A DNA stretch of 29,015 nt from Candidatus Heimdallarchaeota archaeon (GTDB lineage: Archaea; Asgardarchaeota; Heimdallarchaeia; Hodarchaeales; Hodarchaeaceae). This document shows, piece after piece, positions 8,335-17,589 of the stretch. Under the pieces are notes generated by a model that saw nothing but the letters and a program-made list of their open reading frames with translations, was not told where the DNA came from and did no database searches. How positions within the stretch are numbered: position 1 is the stretch's first letter; each line of letters starts with the position of its first letter. A program made the position numbers and the translations under genes. The stretch is taken from assembly GCA_048881705.1 (NCBI GenBank), contig JBHLSH010000052.1:1-29015 (forward strand), in the 5' to 3' direction.

Positions 8335-8497
8335 CTCTATCCCACTGTACTACTATGTTCTAGACTTACCATATTCTTTATTTTCGTTCTTCGTTATTAT
8401 TGAAAAAGCAACAATTAATATTACAATCCCACGTATTAGAAATCAGAGGATAGCTGAAAATTACGATCATTTCAGGAGCGCCAGGTTCCTATTTATG

Positions 8498-8510
8498 AAA
8501 AAAAAAGAAA
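8498..8510 (-). terminator. Oligo-T terminator candidate
   Basis: TTTC-T9 on the minus strand 11 nt after the stop at 8521. Confidence 0.45.
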
Positions 8511-8520
8511 GGGATAGGTA

Positions 8521-8832
8521 TTACCTATTCTCCCGAAAGTGATTGATAACTTTCATTGGTTCAATGGTAATTAGGAATACCAAAAATCCTAGAAACGTTA
8601 ACCAAACGTCCACCTCACCTAATCCCATGTCATAAAAGAAGGAGGAGCTGAATACTTCTATAAACAAGACTAACATTGCCAATGTTAATAACAGAAACGC
8701 TATCCCGATTACTAAATCGCTTTGTTTTTTTTCTATCCTAATGTATTTATATAGAGCGAAAACTGCTATAATTATTGTTAGTATTGCGGTAGCTAGCGGT
8801 ACGATTTCTATTAATGGTAAATTTCCAGCCAT
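8521..8832 (-). CDS. Small membrane protein (about three TM helices)
   Basis: Hydrophobic helices separated by a basic loop; ATG at 8832 preceded by GAGGTGA, preferred over GTG at 8844. Confidence 0.6.
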   Translation of the reverse strand: MAGNLPLIEIVPLATAILTIIIAVFALYKYIRIEKKQSDLVIGIAFLLLTLAMLVLFIEVFSSSFFYDMGLGEVDVWLTFLGFLVFLITIEPMKVINHFRENR

Positions 8833-8958
8833 TTCATAATTCACCTCTGATTTTTAAAAAAATCGACACCCTCACAGCCTGCATCTATAAATAATTTCTT
8901 CTCATGGTTCTCGTTTCATGGTTTACTTCCAGAAATTTAATGACGTTTAACTTGGCGA

Positions 8959-9987
8959 TTATGTCTTTGTTAGCCGGTACACCTTTTCTTCTTCTTTTAG
9001 ATCGAGCACATCCCCCATTAAATGCTTTATTACCTTCAGATTCGTTTCTACGTGTTCGTACAACTTATCAAAAGTATAGGAAGACCCGCGTGGGGCAAGA
9101 GCAAGGGGCAAGATTAATTGATCAGCCAATTGTTCATCCACCGTTGCGTTATTCTTGAGTTCCCTTTTTACCATATACGCGGTTTCTTTTCCGATATCTT
9201 CTGGCGTGCTGCTCTGACTCCCAACACATGCAAGTCCTTTAAGGGAGTTCCCTCCATATCTTATTATTGCACTACAAGTATATCCTGGATCATCTGACTC
9301 AGCATATCCAGTAAATGCCTTGTTGGGTGAAATAATGGTTTTAAATCCGCTTATTAACCTTTCTGCTGTTCTTTGGGATCGTAATGAAGCGGAGGCACTG
9401 CTTATGACTTCAATTTCTTTGACATCATCTGTTCTAAGGATGGTTTTTGTGAACGGCACAGGTTCGAATAAAACTCTTCCCCTTGCTCCTCCCTTGGGGT
9501 AAAAACCTGGTTTACGCAGTTGAATATGCATTCGTAAACCGAATAATTCGAATAGTGGCTTATTTACTTTCATCAAAATATCAAAATTGGGACTATGGGC
9601 CACATGGGTGCCACCACCCTCAAATTCAAAAGCTAATGGTTTTCTGGAAGCAAAAACGAAATTAGAGAGGACTTGCACAATCAATGAGACAGCTGCCGCG
9701 GTTGGAATTTGAATTTTGGGTAAGACATCCATTGGGGGCGAATTTATTCCAGGCGTGAGGTAAATTTCCGAAGATCCAATTGAAGCTCCCAGCAATTGAC
9801 TTCCCGTCAACTGAGAGAGAAAATTCAATCCAGTAAGATGCTGTACCTGCAATCCCTTCCTTCTCTCTCTAACTTGACGAACATTGGTTACACGTAAACT
9901 TTTTCCTAACGCAATTGCTAGAGGAATTCCCAATCGAAGGACAGATCCCCCACCAATTGTTCCATCGATTTCTACAATTTCACTCAT
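8959..9987 (-). CDS. rtcA: RNA 3'-terminal phosphate cyclase
   Basis: GGGxxLR, RxxR...GL..QHL, GGGTHV..SP, RKPGFYPKGG, VDEQLADQLILPLAL, His in LYEHVETN. Confidence 0.92.
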   Translation of the reverse strand: MSEIVEIDGTIGGGSVLRLGIPLAIALGKSLRVTNVRQVRERRKGLQVQHLTGLNFLSQLTGSQLLGASIGSSEIYLTPGINSPPMDVLPKIQIPTAAAVSLIVQVLSNFVFASRKPLAFEFEGGGTHVAHSPNFDILMKVNKPLFELFGLRMHIQLRKPGFYPKGGARGRVLFEPVPFTKTILRTDDVKEIEVISSASASLRSQRTAERLISGFKTIISPNKAFTGYAESDDPGYTCSAIIRYGGNSLKGLACVGSQSSTPEDIGKETAYMVKRELKNNATVDEQLADQLILPLALAPRGSSYTFDKLYEHVETNLKVIKHLMGDVLDLKEEEKVYRLTKT

Positions 9988-10221
9988 CTAAAGGTCAAAT
10001 CTCCAAAGGAAAGATGGGGAAGAGCCAAATCTGAATTGCTTTTGACCAAGCTTATGATCCCTCTATTATCTTTCTGAGCTTAATTCAACGGAAGACTGAA
10101 ATTTTATTAGAAAATAATGCAATAAAATTGAAATCGATCCGATTAAAATAATACCACCCAAAGTGATTGTAAATCTCACGTATTAAAGAGAGGAAAACCA
10201 CCATCAATAGTTGAACGGCTT

Positions 10222-11331
10222 ATGGCGAAGAAAAAGAAAGCATCGTTTTTTGATGAAAAAACTGAAGAAGATACTAAACCTGATTCGTCTTATCCTCCAG
10301 GTTCAACCGAGGAAATCCCTCAGGTTTCACCCCCGCAAGCCCCCTCTGGAATCCCTGACCAGATGGCTTTAATGACACAAATGATGCAAACCATGCAGTC
10401 AATGATGAGTGCTGGAGCAATGCCAGGCCAATGGGACAGTTCGAGTCCATTCCAACAGACCGAGGAAATTGTGGAAGCGGTTCCCCATGATATTATTATG
10501 CCCAAAACCTTGGAAAGGGGGATAGTCGCTCAGGAAGGGCTAAATGTTCATCCACTTTATGCTAAACTGTTTTTGAACGATGACAATATGCCCTTGGAGG
10601 GAATACCAAAAGGCTGCACCTGTACACTCACTGGACCCGCTTATAGTGGCAAAACCAGATCTGCATTGGAAATGATAGTCCATGCAGCCATGAATGATAT
10701 CAAAACGGCCTACGTTGTGGCAGAGGAAGGATTTTTTGATAATAAAGGGTCAGGTCGAAATGATTTGTTTTCTCGGTTCTTGAAAATAGCTGAAACAATT
10801 TCAGGACTATCAGAAAAGAATTTTAGACAGAAATATGATGAGATGTACATCGTGATCCCGAATCAATATCATAAAGGGAAAAGCTGGGAGGAATTCATCC
10901 GGGATTATCGATACGCTGTCGAGGAGTTAGAATGCCGGTTTACCATTATAGATTCAATAAACATGTTGGATCCGTCAAAATTAAACACTGTAGATAATCT
11001 TAATGCGTTAAAGACCTATAACCACGAAAAGGGGATAACTTGTGTTGTTATAGGTCAGGTTAAGGACACTGGACAGCCACAAGGTGGCGAGGCGTTGTTT
11101 CATACTAGTGAAGTGGCTTTACATATCTCAGAAATGTCTATGGCGTCTAAAGCACAAGCTGAGATCTGGGGATCCCAATATCGTGAGAAAATTACTGTTA
11201 TTAATGCACGCTCCAAGGTGTGTCATACATTAGATTTTCCAGTGAAAATTATGTTCGATGACAATGGAATGATACGTCCGGATCCTACGCAACCCAGCGA
11301 TCATCAATTTCCGGCCAAATTTTGGGAATAA
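10222..11331 (+). CDS. RecA-superfamily ATPase, RAD55/KaiC-like single domain with a long disordered N-terminus
   Basis: EGIPKG, Walker A GPAYSGKT, YVVAEE, Walker B TIIDS, VIGQVK...GGEALFH; first ~85 aa low-complexity. Confidence 0.88.
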   Translation: MAKKKKASFFDEKTEEDTKPDSSYPPGSTEEIPQVSPPQAPSGIPDQMALMTQMMQTMQSMMSAGAMPGQWDSSSPFQQTEEIVEAVPHDIIMPKTLERGIVAQEGLNVHPLYAKLFLNDDNMPLEGIPKGCTCTLTGPAYSGKTRSALEMIVHAAMNDIKTAYVVAEEGFFDNKGSGRNDLFSRFLKIAETISGLSEKNFRQKYDEMYIVIPNQYHKGKSWEEFIRDYRYAVEELECRFTIIDSINMLDPSKLNTVDNLNALKTYNHEKGITCVVIGQVKDTGQPQGGEALFHTSEVALHISEMSMASKAQAEIWGSQYREKITVINARSKVCHTLDFPVKIMFDDNGMIRPDPTQPSDHQFPAKFWE

Positions 11332-11339
11332 TTGCTAAA

Positions 11340-13262
11340 ATGATTCTTACTTCATATGAAAGGTCCATTATTGAATCGAATGAGGAATTTGCCAATTTAC
11401 AGGCAGAGATTAAACAAATCACTAACCTCAAGGAACTCGATCTCAATTCATATTTCGAAGTAGCAAATTCCTATCAGCTCCCATTCCATCTCGCATACGT
11501 GATTATCCAGGCTCTCAAAAAAAATCAACCGCTTTCATTAACCGATTTATCTTCTGTAAGCTTTTATGCCATTTGTCGGGACGTACTTACCCCCTACAAG
11601 AATAAAGCATTTACATTCCGTAAATTCTTTAATCTAAACTATCCACATCTTAAAAACACCGACGAACGGTTAGAATGGTACTTAAAGCATGATAATGGCT
11701 TAACATTGACACAGAAGATTAGTATTTTAGAGGGAGAAACGAGTTTTAACCGGATGGGAATAGGACGTACGCGTTTTGAGCAAGCACTGAAGCGAGTAAA
11801 TATCGAAGCAACCACGACTGAAATAGAAAGAAGAAGGCTAGGAGAACTATACGGGGAATGGCCAGCGGCTGTATCGTCATTCATCAACAAGGAACGGGGA
11901 CATTTAACTACCGCTGAGGTTTTAGCAGTCGGTGATGCCTTGGCTGAAGACTCAAAAACCTCAATTAAAATGGCAGTTTTCTCTGAACTCTTGGAACAGA
12001 TGGGAAAAATCGAAGTCTTCTTTCTAGCTTCTCAAGTAAATAGGTTTCATGACCAGATATCAAGAACATCGAGTTTAGTTCGTGCCTTCTCAAAAGCTTT
12101 TGATATTGAATATAAAATGCTTGAACGCCTTATTTCGATGCATTCTTTTACGGATATAGCCAAACTAGTACAAAATAATGAAGTTCTCCAGCAATTCGAA
12201 CGGTTGTTTCCATTTCGCCCTTTCAAACCGATGCTGGCCGAAAAATGGGAAAAACAAGCGAGATTTCCAGTATACGCGGAAGCAAAATATGACGGAGTGA
12301 GATTATTAATCCATAAACTTGGAAATAAGATTGGTTGTTTTTCTAGAAGAAGAAAAGATTATACATACAAATACCCGGTTATCACACAGCTTTTAAATCG
12401 GATTCCGGCATATTCTGCAATTTTAGACGGAGAAATCACCGCACAGCAGTGGACCGTAGAAGGCCCACGATATTTAAATGTCTATGAACTCCATGAAGCC
12501 GTAAAACACGGAATGGAGTCAGTTAGACCAATTTATGTCGTGTTTGACGTCTTGTACCTAAATGGGGTCGAAACAATTAACCTCCCGTATGAGAATCGAA
12601 TGAAAATTCGCCAACAATTAGTTTCTGCAATGAAAGCTAGAGGCCCTATTAATGGATTAGAGATCCGTGAGGTTCAAACAGTATTTGCAAAGAATAATTT
12701 GGAACTCATTAGGGCCTACAATAATTTTGTGGATACAAAACATGAAGGCGCCATTGTTAAGTTCCCGAAAGGAGTATATGAGTTAGGAAAACGCTCAAAA
12801 CATTGGTATAAACTAAAGCCAAAAGAAACTTTAGATGTAACAATCACAGGAATTATTCCCATACAAGAAAATGCTCATTTGAGGGTGTGGGGACTCAGAT
12901 ATGCTGTGAGACGGGAAGAAGGATATACCCATCTAGGGATGATTCGGGGATTGGATGTGCGTGCAGGGTCAAGATTGGCTGAGATTATTCTATCTAATGG
13001 GTTAATTCCCCCTAACGCTCAATTAATGGATTTAAGGACAGATATCGAATCTCGGGGCCGTTTTACCCAGCTAAAAGAAAGCTGGGGATTTGCTGTGGAC
13101 CCTCAAATCGTTATTACCATTGACAGTTTAGGCATTGTGAGACGAGAGGACAAATTTTCCCTAAGAAATGCTCGATTCTTGTATATTAGAGAAGATATGG
13201 ATGTAGACGATATTTCTGATTGGAATGACGTATATCAGTACTATATGAAGACAAGCCAATAG
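11340..13262 (+). CDS. lig: ATP-dependent DNA ligase (divergent)
   Basis: PMLAE, motif I EAKYDGVR, FSRR, motif III LDGEI, IIIa VFDVLYLNG, IV EGAIVK, V WYKLK, VI-like RNARFLYIRED. Alternative TTG at 11322 overlaps the upstream stop. Confidence 0.92.
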   Translation: MILTSYERSIIESNEEFANLQAEIKQITNLKELDLNSYFEVANSYQLPFHLAYVIIQALKKNQPLSLTDLSSVSFYAICRDVLTPYKNKAFTFRKFFNLNYPHLKNTDERLEWYLKHDNGLTLTQKISILEGETSFNRMGIGRTRFEQALKRVNIEATTTEIERRRLGELYGEWPAAVSSFINKERGHLTTAEVLAVGDALAEDSKTSIKMAVFSELLEQMGKIEVFFLASQVNRFHDQISRTSSLVRAFSKAFDIEYKMLERLISMHSFTDIAKLVQNNEVLQQFERLFPFRPFKPMLAEKWEKQARFPVYAEAKYDGVRLLIHKLGNKIGCFSRRRKDYTYKYPVITQLLNRIPAYSAILDGEITAQQWTVEGPRYLNVYELHEAVKHGMESVRPIYVVFDVLYLNGVETINLPYENRMKIRQQLVSAMKARGPINGLEIREVQTVFAKNNLELIRAYNNFVDTKHEGAIVKFPKGVYELGKRSKHWYKLKPKETLDVTITGIIPIQENAHLRVWGLRYAVRREEGYTHLGMIRGLDVRAGSRLAEIILSNGLIPPNAQLMDLRTDIESRGRFTQLKESWGFAVDPQIVITIDSLGIVRREDKFSLRNARFLYIREDMDVDDISDWNDVYQYYMKTSQ

Positions 13263-13323
13263 CTATATGCTAAGGTTTTTGTTAAAGCGCTGGACTCGCC
13301 GCTTTTCAGGGCATCCTTAAGAC

Positions 13324-13620
13324 TTAATTGGTTCTTATTTTAAAGGAGATCAAAGTAGCCCAACCCAACCAAAAAATCAAGGCAAAAATAAACGCTAAAC
13401 CAATAAAAGCTTCATGTATTTGATGCAAACCAAAATTAATGGCAAATACGGCAGAAAATGAAGTAGTCCCGCTATTATCGTAAATAGAGCCCAATTTCGT
13501 TGGGTGGGCTAATGAGATTGCAACAATTAGGTACAATTTTTCCCATTCATAACAGTCCTCGAAATAATTCGAGAATACAGCCTTGCATTCAGAATACCGT
13601 TTTTTTAGAAAATTTGACAT
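13324..13620 (-). CDS. Possible small membrane protein
   Basis: 98-aa ORF with a hydrophobic C-terminus; the N-terminal half is not convincingly protein-like. Confidence 0.3.
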   Translation of the reverse strand: MSNFLKKRYSECKAVFSNYFEDCYEWEKLYLIVAISLAHPTKLGSIYDNSGTTSFSAVFAINFGLHQIHEAFIGLAFIFALIFWLGWATLISFKIRTN

Positions 13621-13876
13621 TTCCTCAAGGAGGTAAACACGAATATCCTCAGAAAGAAAAACTAGCCAATTATTCTTTCAACTTGCATTCGTTGCGATTT
13701 AATAATGTATTTTTAAAGAAGGAATGTACCTCATTGATATTGAGTATTGTCTGTCACCATAACGTATTTATAATCGAGGTGCCACCAACTCTACATTAAA
13801 GCGTTAGCTGCCAGTTATAAGGAGTATATTACATTGGAGGCATATAGAGTACTTTTCAGGTCCGAGGGAAGGAAAG

Positions 13877-14347
13877 GTGGCTAAATATTATTGTGGATTG
13901 TGTGAAGCAAGCCATCATGAACAGGTAGAGGGGGCATCTTGCCCCGAATGTGGAAGGAAATATTGTTTGGACTCAATCAGGCAATCTTTCCAAGCCGGGG
14001 TAAACAAATGTCCTTATTGCGATGCACCGTTCGAATGGTTTCCCGAAATTCCGATTTCTTTCAAGAGAGTATTAAGAGGAGAAGTCAATACTGAGACACC
14101 CGCAATTACTAGGGCAGCCTCCACTACGCGGACTATTGAATCCGAACCTATCTCCACCTTCGAACCTAGTTCATATCGGCCCTCTTATAAGAGAGTAGAA
14201 AGGAGTAGGATGGGTATGGGCATGTCAGGATCTCAATTCTTCATGAAAAATCCCATGTACATCATAATGGCAATATCTGGCATTCTTATGATGGTTTACA
14301 TCCTATTCTATGTATTTGGGTCTAGTTTTACAATGATGGGGCCGTGA
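13877..14347 (+). CDS. RING-like zinc-finger protein with a C-terminal transmembrane anchor
   Basis: C6-x2-C9-x12-C22-x2-C25-x4-C30-x2-S33-x11-C45-x2-C48, Ser/Thr/Pro-rich linker, single C-terminal hydrophobic helix; GTG start with a purine-rich upstream segment. Confidence 0.8.
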   Translation: MAKYYCGLCEASHHEQVEGASCPECGRKYCLDSIRQSFQAGVNKCPYCDAPFEWFPEIPISFKRVLRGEVNTETPAITRAASTTRTIESEPISTFEPSSYRPSYKRVERSRMGMGMSGSQFFMKNPMYIIMAISGILMMVYILFYVFGSSFTMMGP

Positions 14348-14363
14348 ATAATCAGAGGCTACG

Positions 14364-15071
14364 TTATTTACTGAGTACCAGAACCATTCCATCCTGTTGG
14401 CCAATGTAGGCGACCGAGGCCATCCCAATAAAGAGGCCGGTATCCACTACGCCTGGAAGAGCAAGTAAGGATTGTTGCAGTTCGGTGGGATTGTTAATGA
14501 TCCCAAAATCCACGTCAATGATAAAATTTCCATTGTCAGTAACAAGTGGGCCCATTTTAGCTTGCGCCTGTCGAAGTGCTGGTTTTCCTCCTAGCCCACG
14601 CAACCTTTCGATTAGGGGGCTCCGTGCAAATGGAATGATTTCGATAGGAACACCTTTTTTCCACTTCTCCCCAAGAGCCTGCGAGTGTTTACGATAATCA
14701 GCTACCAAAACGAGGTTTTTTGCGTTTGCTGCGACAATCTTTTCTCGAACCAAGCATCCACCACCCCCTTTGATCGCATTCAAATGATGGTCAATTTCGT
14801 CTGCACCATCGATAGCGAGATCAATAGTTGGAAACTCATCCAAGGACACTAGTTGGAAACCATTTTCAATAATGAGATCTTCAGATTGATATGATGTCGG
14901 AACACATTTTAGAGCTAAATCCTTATTCTGATTCAAAGTAACTAAGTGTTCAACAACATGAACAATGGTTGAACCACTACCTATACCGATGACCATACCA
15001 GGTCTGACATGGTCTTCAACCGCCTGAAAGGCAGCCGCCTTTTTACCCTGTTCGATGAGTACGTTTGACAT
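14364..15071 (-). CDS. rpiA: Ribose-5-phosphate isomerase A
   Basis: IGIGSGST, DLAIDGADEID, IKGGGG..VREKIVA, TDNGNFIID. Confidence 0.97.
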   Translation of the reverse strand: MSNVLIEQGKKAAAFQAVEDHVRPGMVIGIGSGSTIVHVVEHLVTLNQNKDLALKCVPTSYQSEDLIIENGFQLVSLDEFPTIDLAIDGADEIDHHLNAIKGGGGCLVREKIVAANAKNLVLVADYRKHSQALGEKWKKGVPIEIIPFARSPLIERLRGLGGKPALRQAQAKMGPLVTDNGNFIIDVDFGIINNPTELQQSLLALPGVVDTGLFIGMASVAYIGQQDGMVLVLSK

Positions 15072-15131
15072 TACTGTATTTTCCTGGGTAGACAGTTGTT
15101 ATTTTAAGGCTTCTCTGTTTAGATTATGTCA

Positions 15132-17369
15132 TCATAAAAGGTAATCACTAACATCCCCATTGACATATAGAGCGGGGGCTTCGTCGTCCTTTGGATGTCC
15201 TATCGTCTTCGCAGCTTCTAGCACGCTTTTGGCCAAATCCGCCCCAAAGCCAGGAATCCGACTTAAATCGTTGATGGCCAGCCCGAGAAGCGTTTTCGTG
15301 TCTCTTACTCCATGTTCAAGTAAAATTCGGGCACGTTTCCGTCCAATTCCACGAACACGGGTCAAACTTACCGCATCACGTTTGATCCCGTAAGTCACGC
15401 GCTCACTAAGTTCATACGCTCGTTTGGCAATGCGGATATAGCTTTTATCTTCAGATGCCTTTAGTTTTGCAATCTCTGTCATAGCAGTCATAAGCCAGGT
15501 GGCCGTATCAATTATTCGTCTCACATCACCGGAACCAATTCCGTATCGAAGCAATAATCTTTCAATTGGGACCTCTCGGATCCAATCCCAAAGGAACAGG
15601 ACAGTTTTGAAATCACGGAGTCTGATCTCGTAGTCTATATCTAAAGGATCGGGTACTTCTCGAATGAGCTTGGATTCTAGTTTTAGCAATCGTTCCTCTG
15701 TTTTTTTCCAATCCTGTTTCCGAAAGGAAATTTCAAGCATGTCAGGAGTCCCCACAATAAAATCTAGGAGTGCAACAGCATGGAAACGGGAGGAGGAACG
15801 TTTAATCGTCTTGTTGAGCCCTGCTGCAATAGAAGCAGCAGTATCTGGATCCAGATATAACTGGCTGATACGTTGTCCGAACCTTGTAGCACTAAGTGAT
15901 TGGTTAGCATCTAAGGGTTCAATCATGCCCCATACGATCAAACTGTCTACAACCTCCCTGATTTTATTTTCAAGTAAACTTGCTTCAAATTGAAATCCGT
16001 AGAAGGTTTTTTCGAAGAATTCACCGAGTTCAGGCAGGTTCTCGACAACCTCTGATGCGATCAATCCTAAGATATTACGTCGAAGCGCAGGCTTGGCGGC
16101 GAGTTTTGAATAGATTGTTTCAGGTCCACTTCGTATATATCGATCCAATAGCCAGCCAGCTGTCCCCTCCTTTTTAGCCAGGAGAAGAGATTCCCCCTCC
16201 GTGTCAAATTGTGGTCGGCCAGCCCGTCCGATCATCTGTTTATACTCTAGTGTCTTGATAGGGTGGGATCCTTCTTCAACAGAATATCGATACACACTGG
16301 AGATAACCACCCGCTTGGCAGGCAAATTGATCCCTGAAGCTAGGGTAGGAGTGGAACAGAGGATCTTAACATACCCCTTTTTGAATGCTTGCTCGACTTT
16401 TTCACGCTGTTGCGAGTTTAAGCCCGCATGATGAAAAGTTACGCCCCGTTTGAGCGTTTCACTCAGCTTAGTTGACAGAGGATCCGTCAAATTGGTGGCT
16501 ACCTGCCCTGCAACCTCGCTTAGGTGTTTCAAATCCCGAGCTGTTACTAAGGGAGAAACCAATTTACCGATCCGTTCGGCCGCTGACTCCGCAGAACGCC
16601 GTGAAGATGCAAAAACAAGAACCTGGTCATCATTATGAACGGAATCGAGAGCAATGTTGATTAGTTGATCCTTTCTCCGAAGAGGTACTTCTCGAGTAGA
16701 AAAATCAGCATATGTAATATAATTATCACAATAGACACCTTCTTTAAGTGGGATTGGTCTCCAATCACTGATAACAAGCTTGGCATCAAGCCATTCAGCC
16801 AATTCATCGGCGTTTCCCACGGTAGCACTTAGTGCCAATAGCTGTGCCCGTGAGTTTTCATATCTCAAGCGAGCTAAAAGAGTTTCAAGAGTCGGGCCAC
16901 GGTGCTGATCATCTAGGAGATGAAATTCGTCAATAATCACCAGACTGACTTGCTCTATAATCCAGGATGTCCCATGACGAAGGAGCGCATCAATCTTCTC
17001 GTTAGTAGAGACAATAATGTCATAACGGGGAAGGTAACGATCTTGGGAATCATAGTCTCCGGAGGTAATACCAACCCGTAGACCAAGATTCTCAAAACGT
17101 TTCATAGCATGGAATTTCTCGGCCGCCAATGCACGAAGTGGGCATAAATATAGTACTTTACCCGTTTTTTCTAGAACATGTTTGAGGGCTGCTAGCTCTG
17201 CAAGCAGGGTTTTTCCCGAGGCAGTAGGTATGGCAATTACAAGGTTCTGGTTATCTAACAGGCCCTGGCCTATGGCTTTACTCTGGGGAGGATATAATTC
17301 CTTTATGCCATCCTGCTCGATAATGAGCTTTTTGGCATCTTCAGCAATAGCCAGAGATTTAACTAACAT
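15132..17369 (-). CDS. hel308: Ski2-like SF2 DNA helicase Hel308/Hjm
   Basis: Q-motif LYPPQ, PTASGKT, PLRALA, DEFH, LSAT, FHHAGL, TPTLASGINLPA, QMIGRAGRP, C-terminal HhH (GIGRKRAR). Confidence 0.96.
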   Translation of the reverse strand: MLVKSLAIAEDAKKLIIEQDGIKELYPPQSKAIGQGLLDNQNLVIAIPTASGKTLLAELAALKHVLEKTGKVLYLCPLRALAAEKFHAMKRFENLGLRVGITSGDYDSQDRYLPRYDIIVSTNEKIDALLRHGTSWIIEQVSLVIIDEFHLLDDQHRGPTLETLLARLRYENSRAQLLALSATVGNADELAEWLDAKLVISDWRPIPLKEGVYCDNYITYADFSTREVPLRRKDQLINIALDSVHNDDQVLVFASSRRSAESAAERIGKLVSPLVTARDLKHLSEVAGQVATNLTDPLSTKLSETLKRGVTFHHAGLNSQQREKVEQAFKKGYVKILCSTPTLASGINLPAKRVVISSVYRYSVEEGSHPIKTLEYKQMIGRAGRPQFDTEGESLLLAKKEGTAGWLLDRYIRSGPETIYSKLAAKPALRRNILGLIASEVVENLPELGEFFEKTFYGFQFEASLLENKIREVVDSLIVWGMIEPLDANQSLSATRFGQRISQLYLDPDTAASIAAGLNKTIKRSSSRFHAVALLDFIVGTPDMLEISFRKQDWKKTEERLLKLESKLIREVPDPLDIDYEIRLRDFKTVLFLWDWIREVPIERLLLRYGIGSGDVRRIIDTATWLMTAMTEIAKLKASEDKSYIRIAKRAYELSERVTYGIKRDAVSLTRVRGIGRKRARILLEHGVRDTKTLLGLAINDLSRIPGFGADLAKSVLEAAKTIGHPKDDEAPALYVNGDVSDYLL

Positions 17370-17589
17370 AGCAAGTTCCTGCTACCATATTCAAATAGGT
17401 GGGATCAAGCGGAAGATCAATGAATTGAACTTTATAAATGCGAGCATGGTATTTGGACTTTTTCTCCTTTTTAACGCTCTAGAGGGGTAATATCAAAATA
17501 CAATCCCCCCCATATCTTGCTATCATTCTGATCAGCCATAAGAACTCAATCAAAATATTAAATAATGTAATGAGATAAAATTATACAAT

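Noticed and set aside
10001-10020. CTCCAAAGGAAAGATGGGGA resembles an ORB with a G-string
   Set aside because: Single copy, 14 nt from the rtcA start where it can be explained as that gene's leader; no inverted partner and no orc1/cdc6 nearby.
10222-11331. Circadian-clock KaiC
   Set aside because: Only one RecA domain and no kaiA/kaiB in the window; fits single-domain RAD55/KaiC-like ATPases.
13324-13551. Possible frameshifted gene (GAGG...ATG AAT GGG A5 TTG; one extra A would give MNGKKLYLIVAISLA...)
   Set aside because: No recognisable homologue to anchor the frame; cannot be distinguished from chance.
15160-17490. Plus-strand ORFs antisense to hel308, and similar short ORFs antisense to or overlapping rpiA, korA, mcm, rtcA, lig, Nif3 and the gene at 1518
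   Set aside because: Shadow frames of well-supported genes with no motifs of their own.
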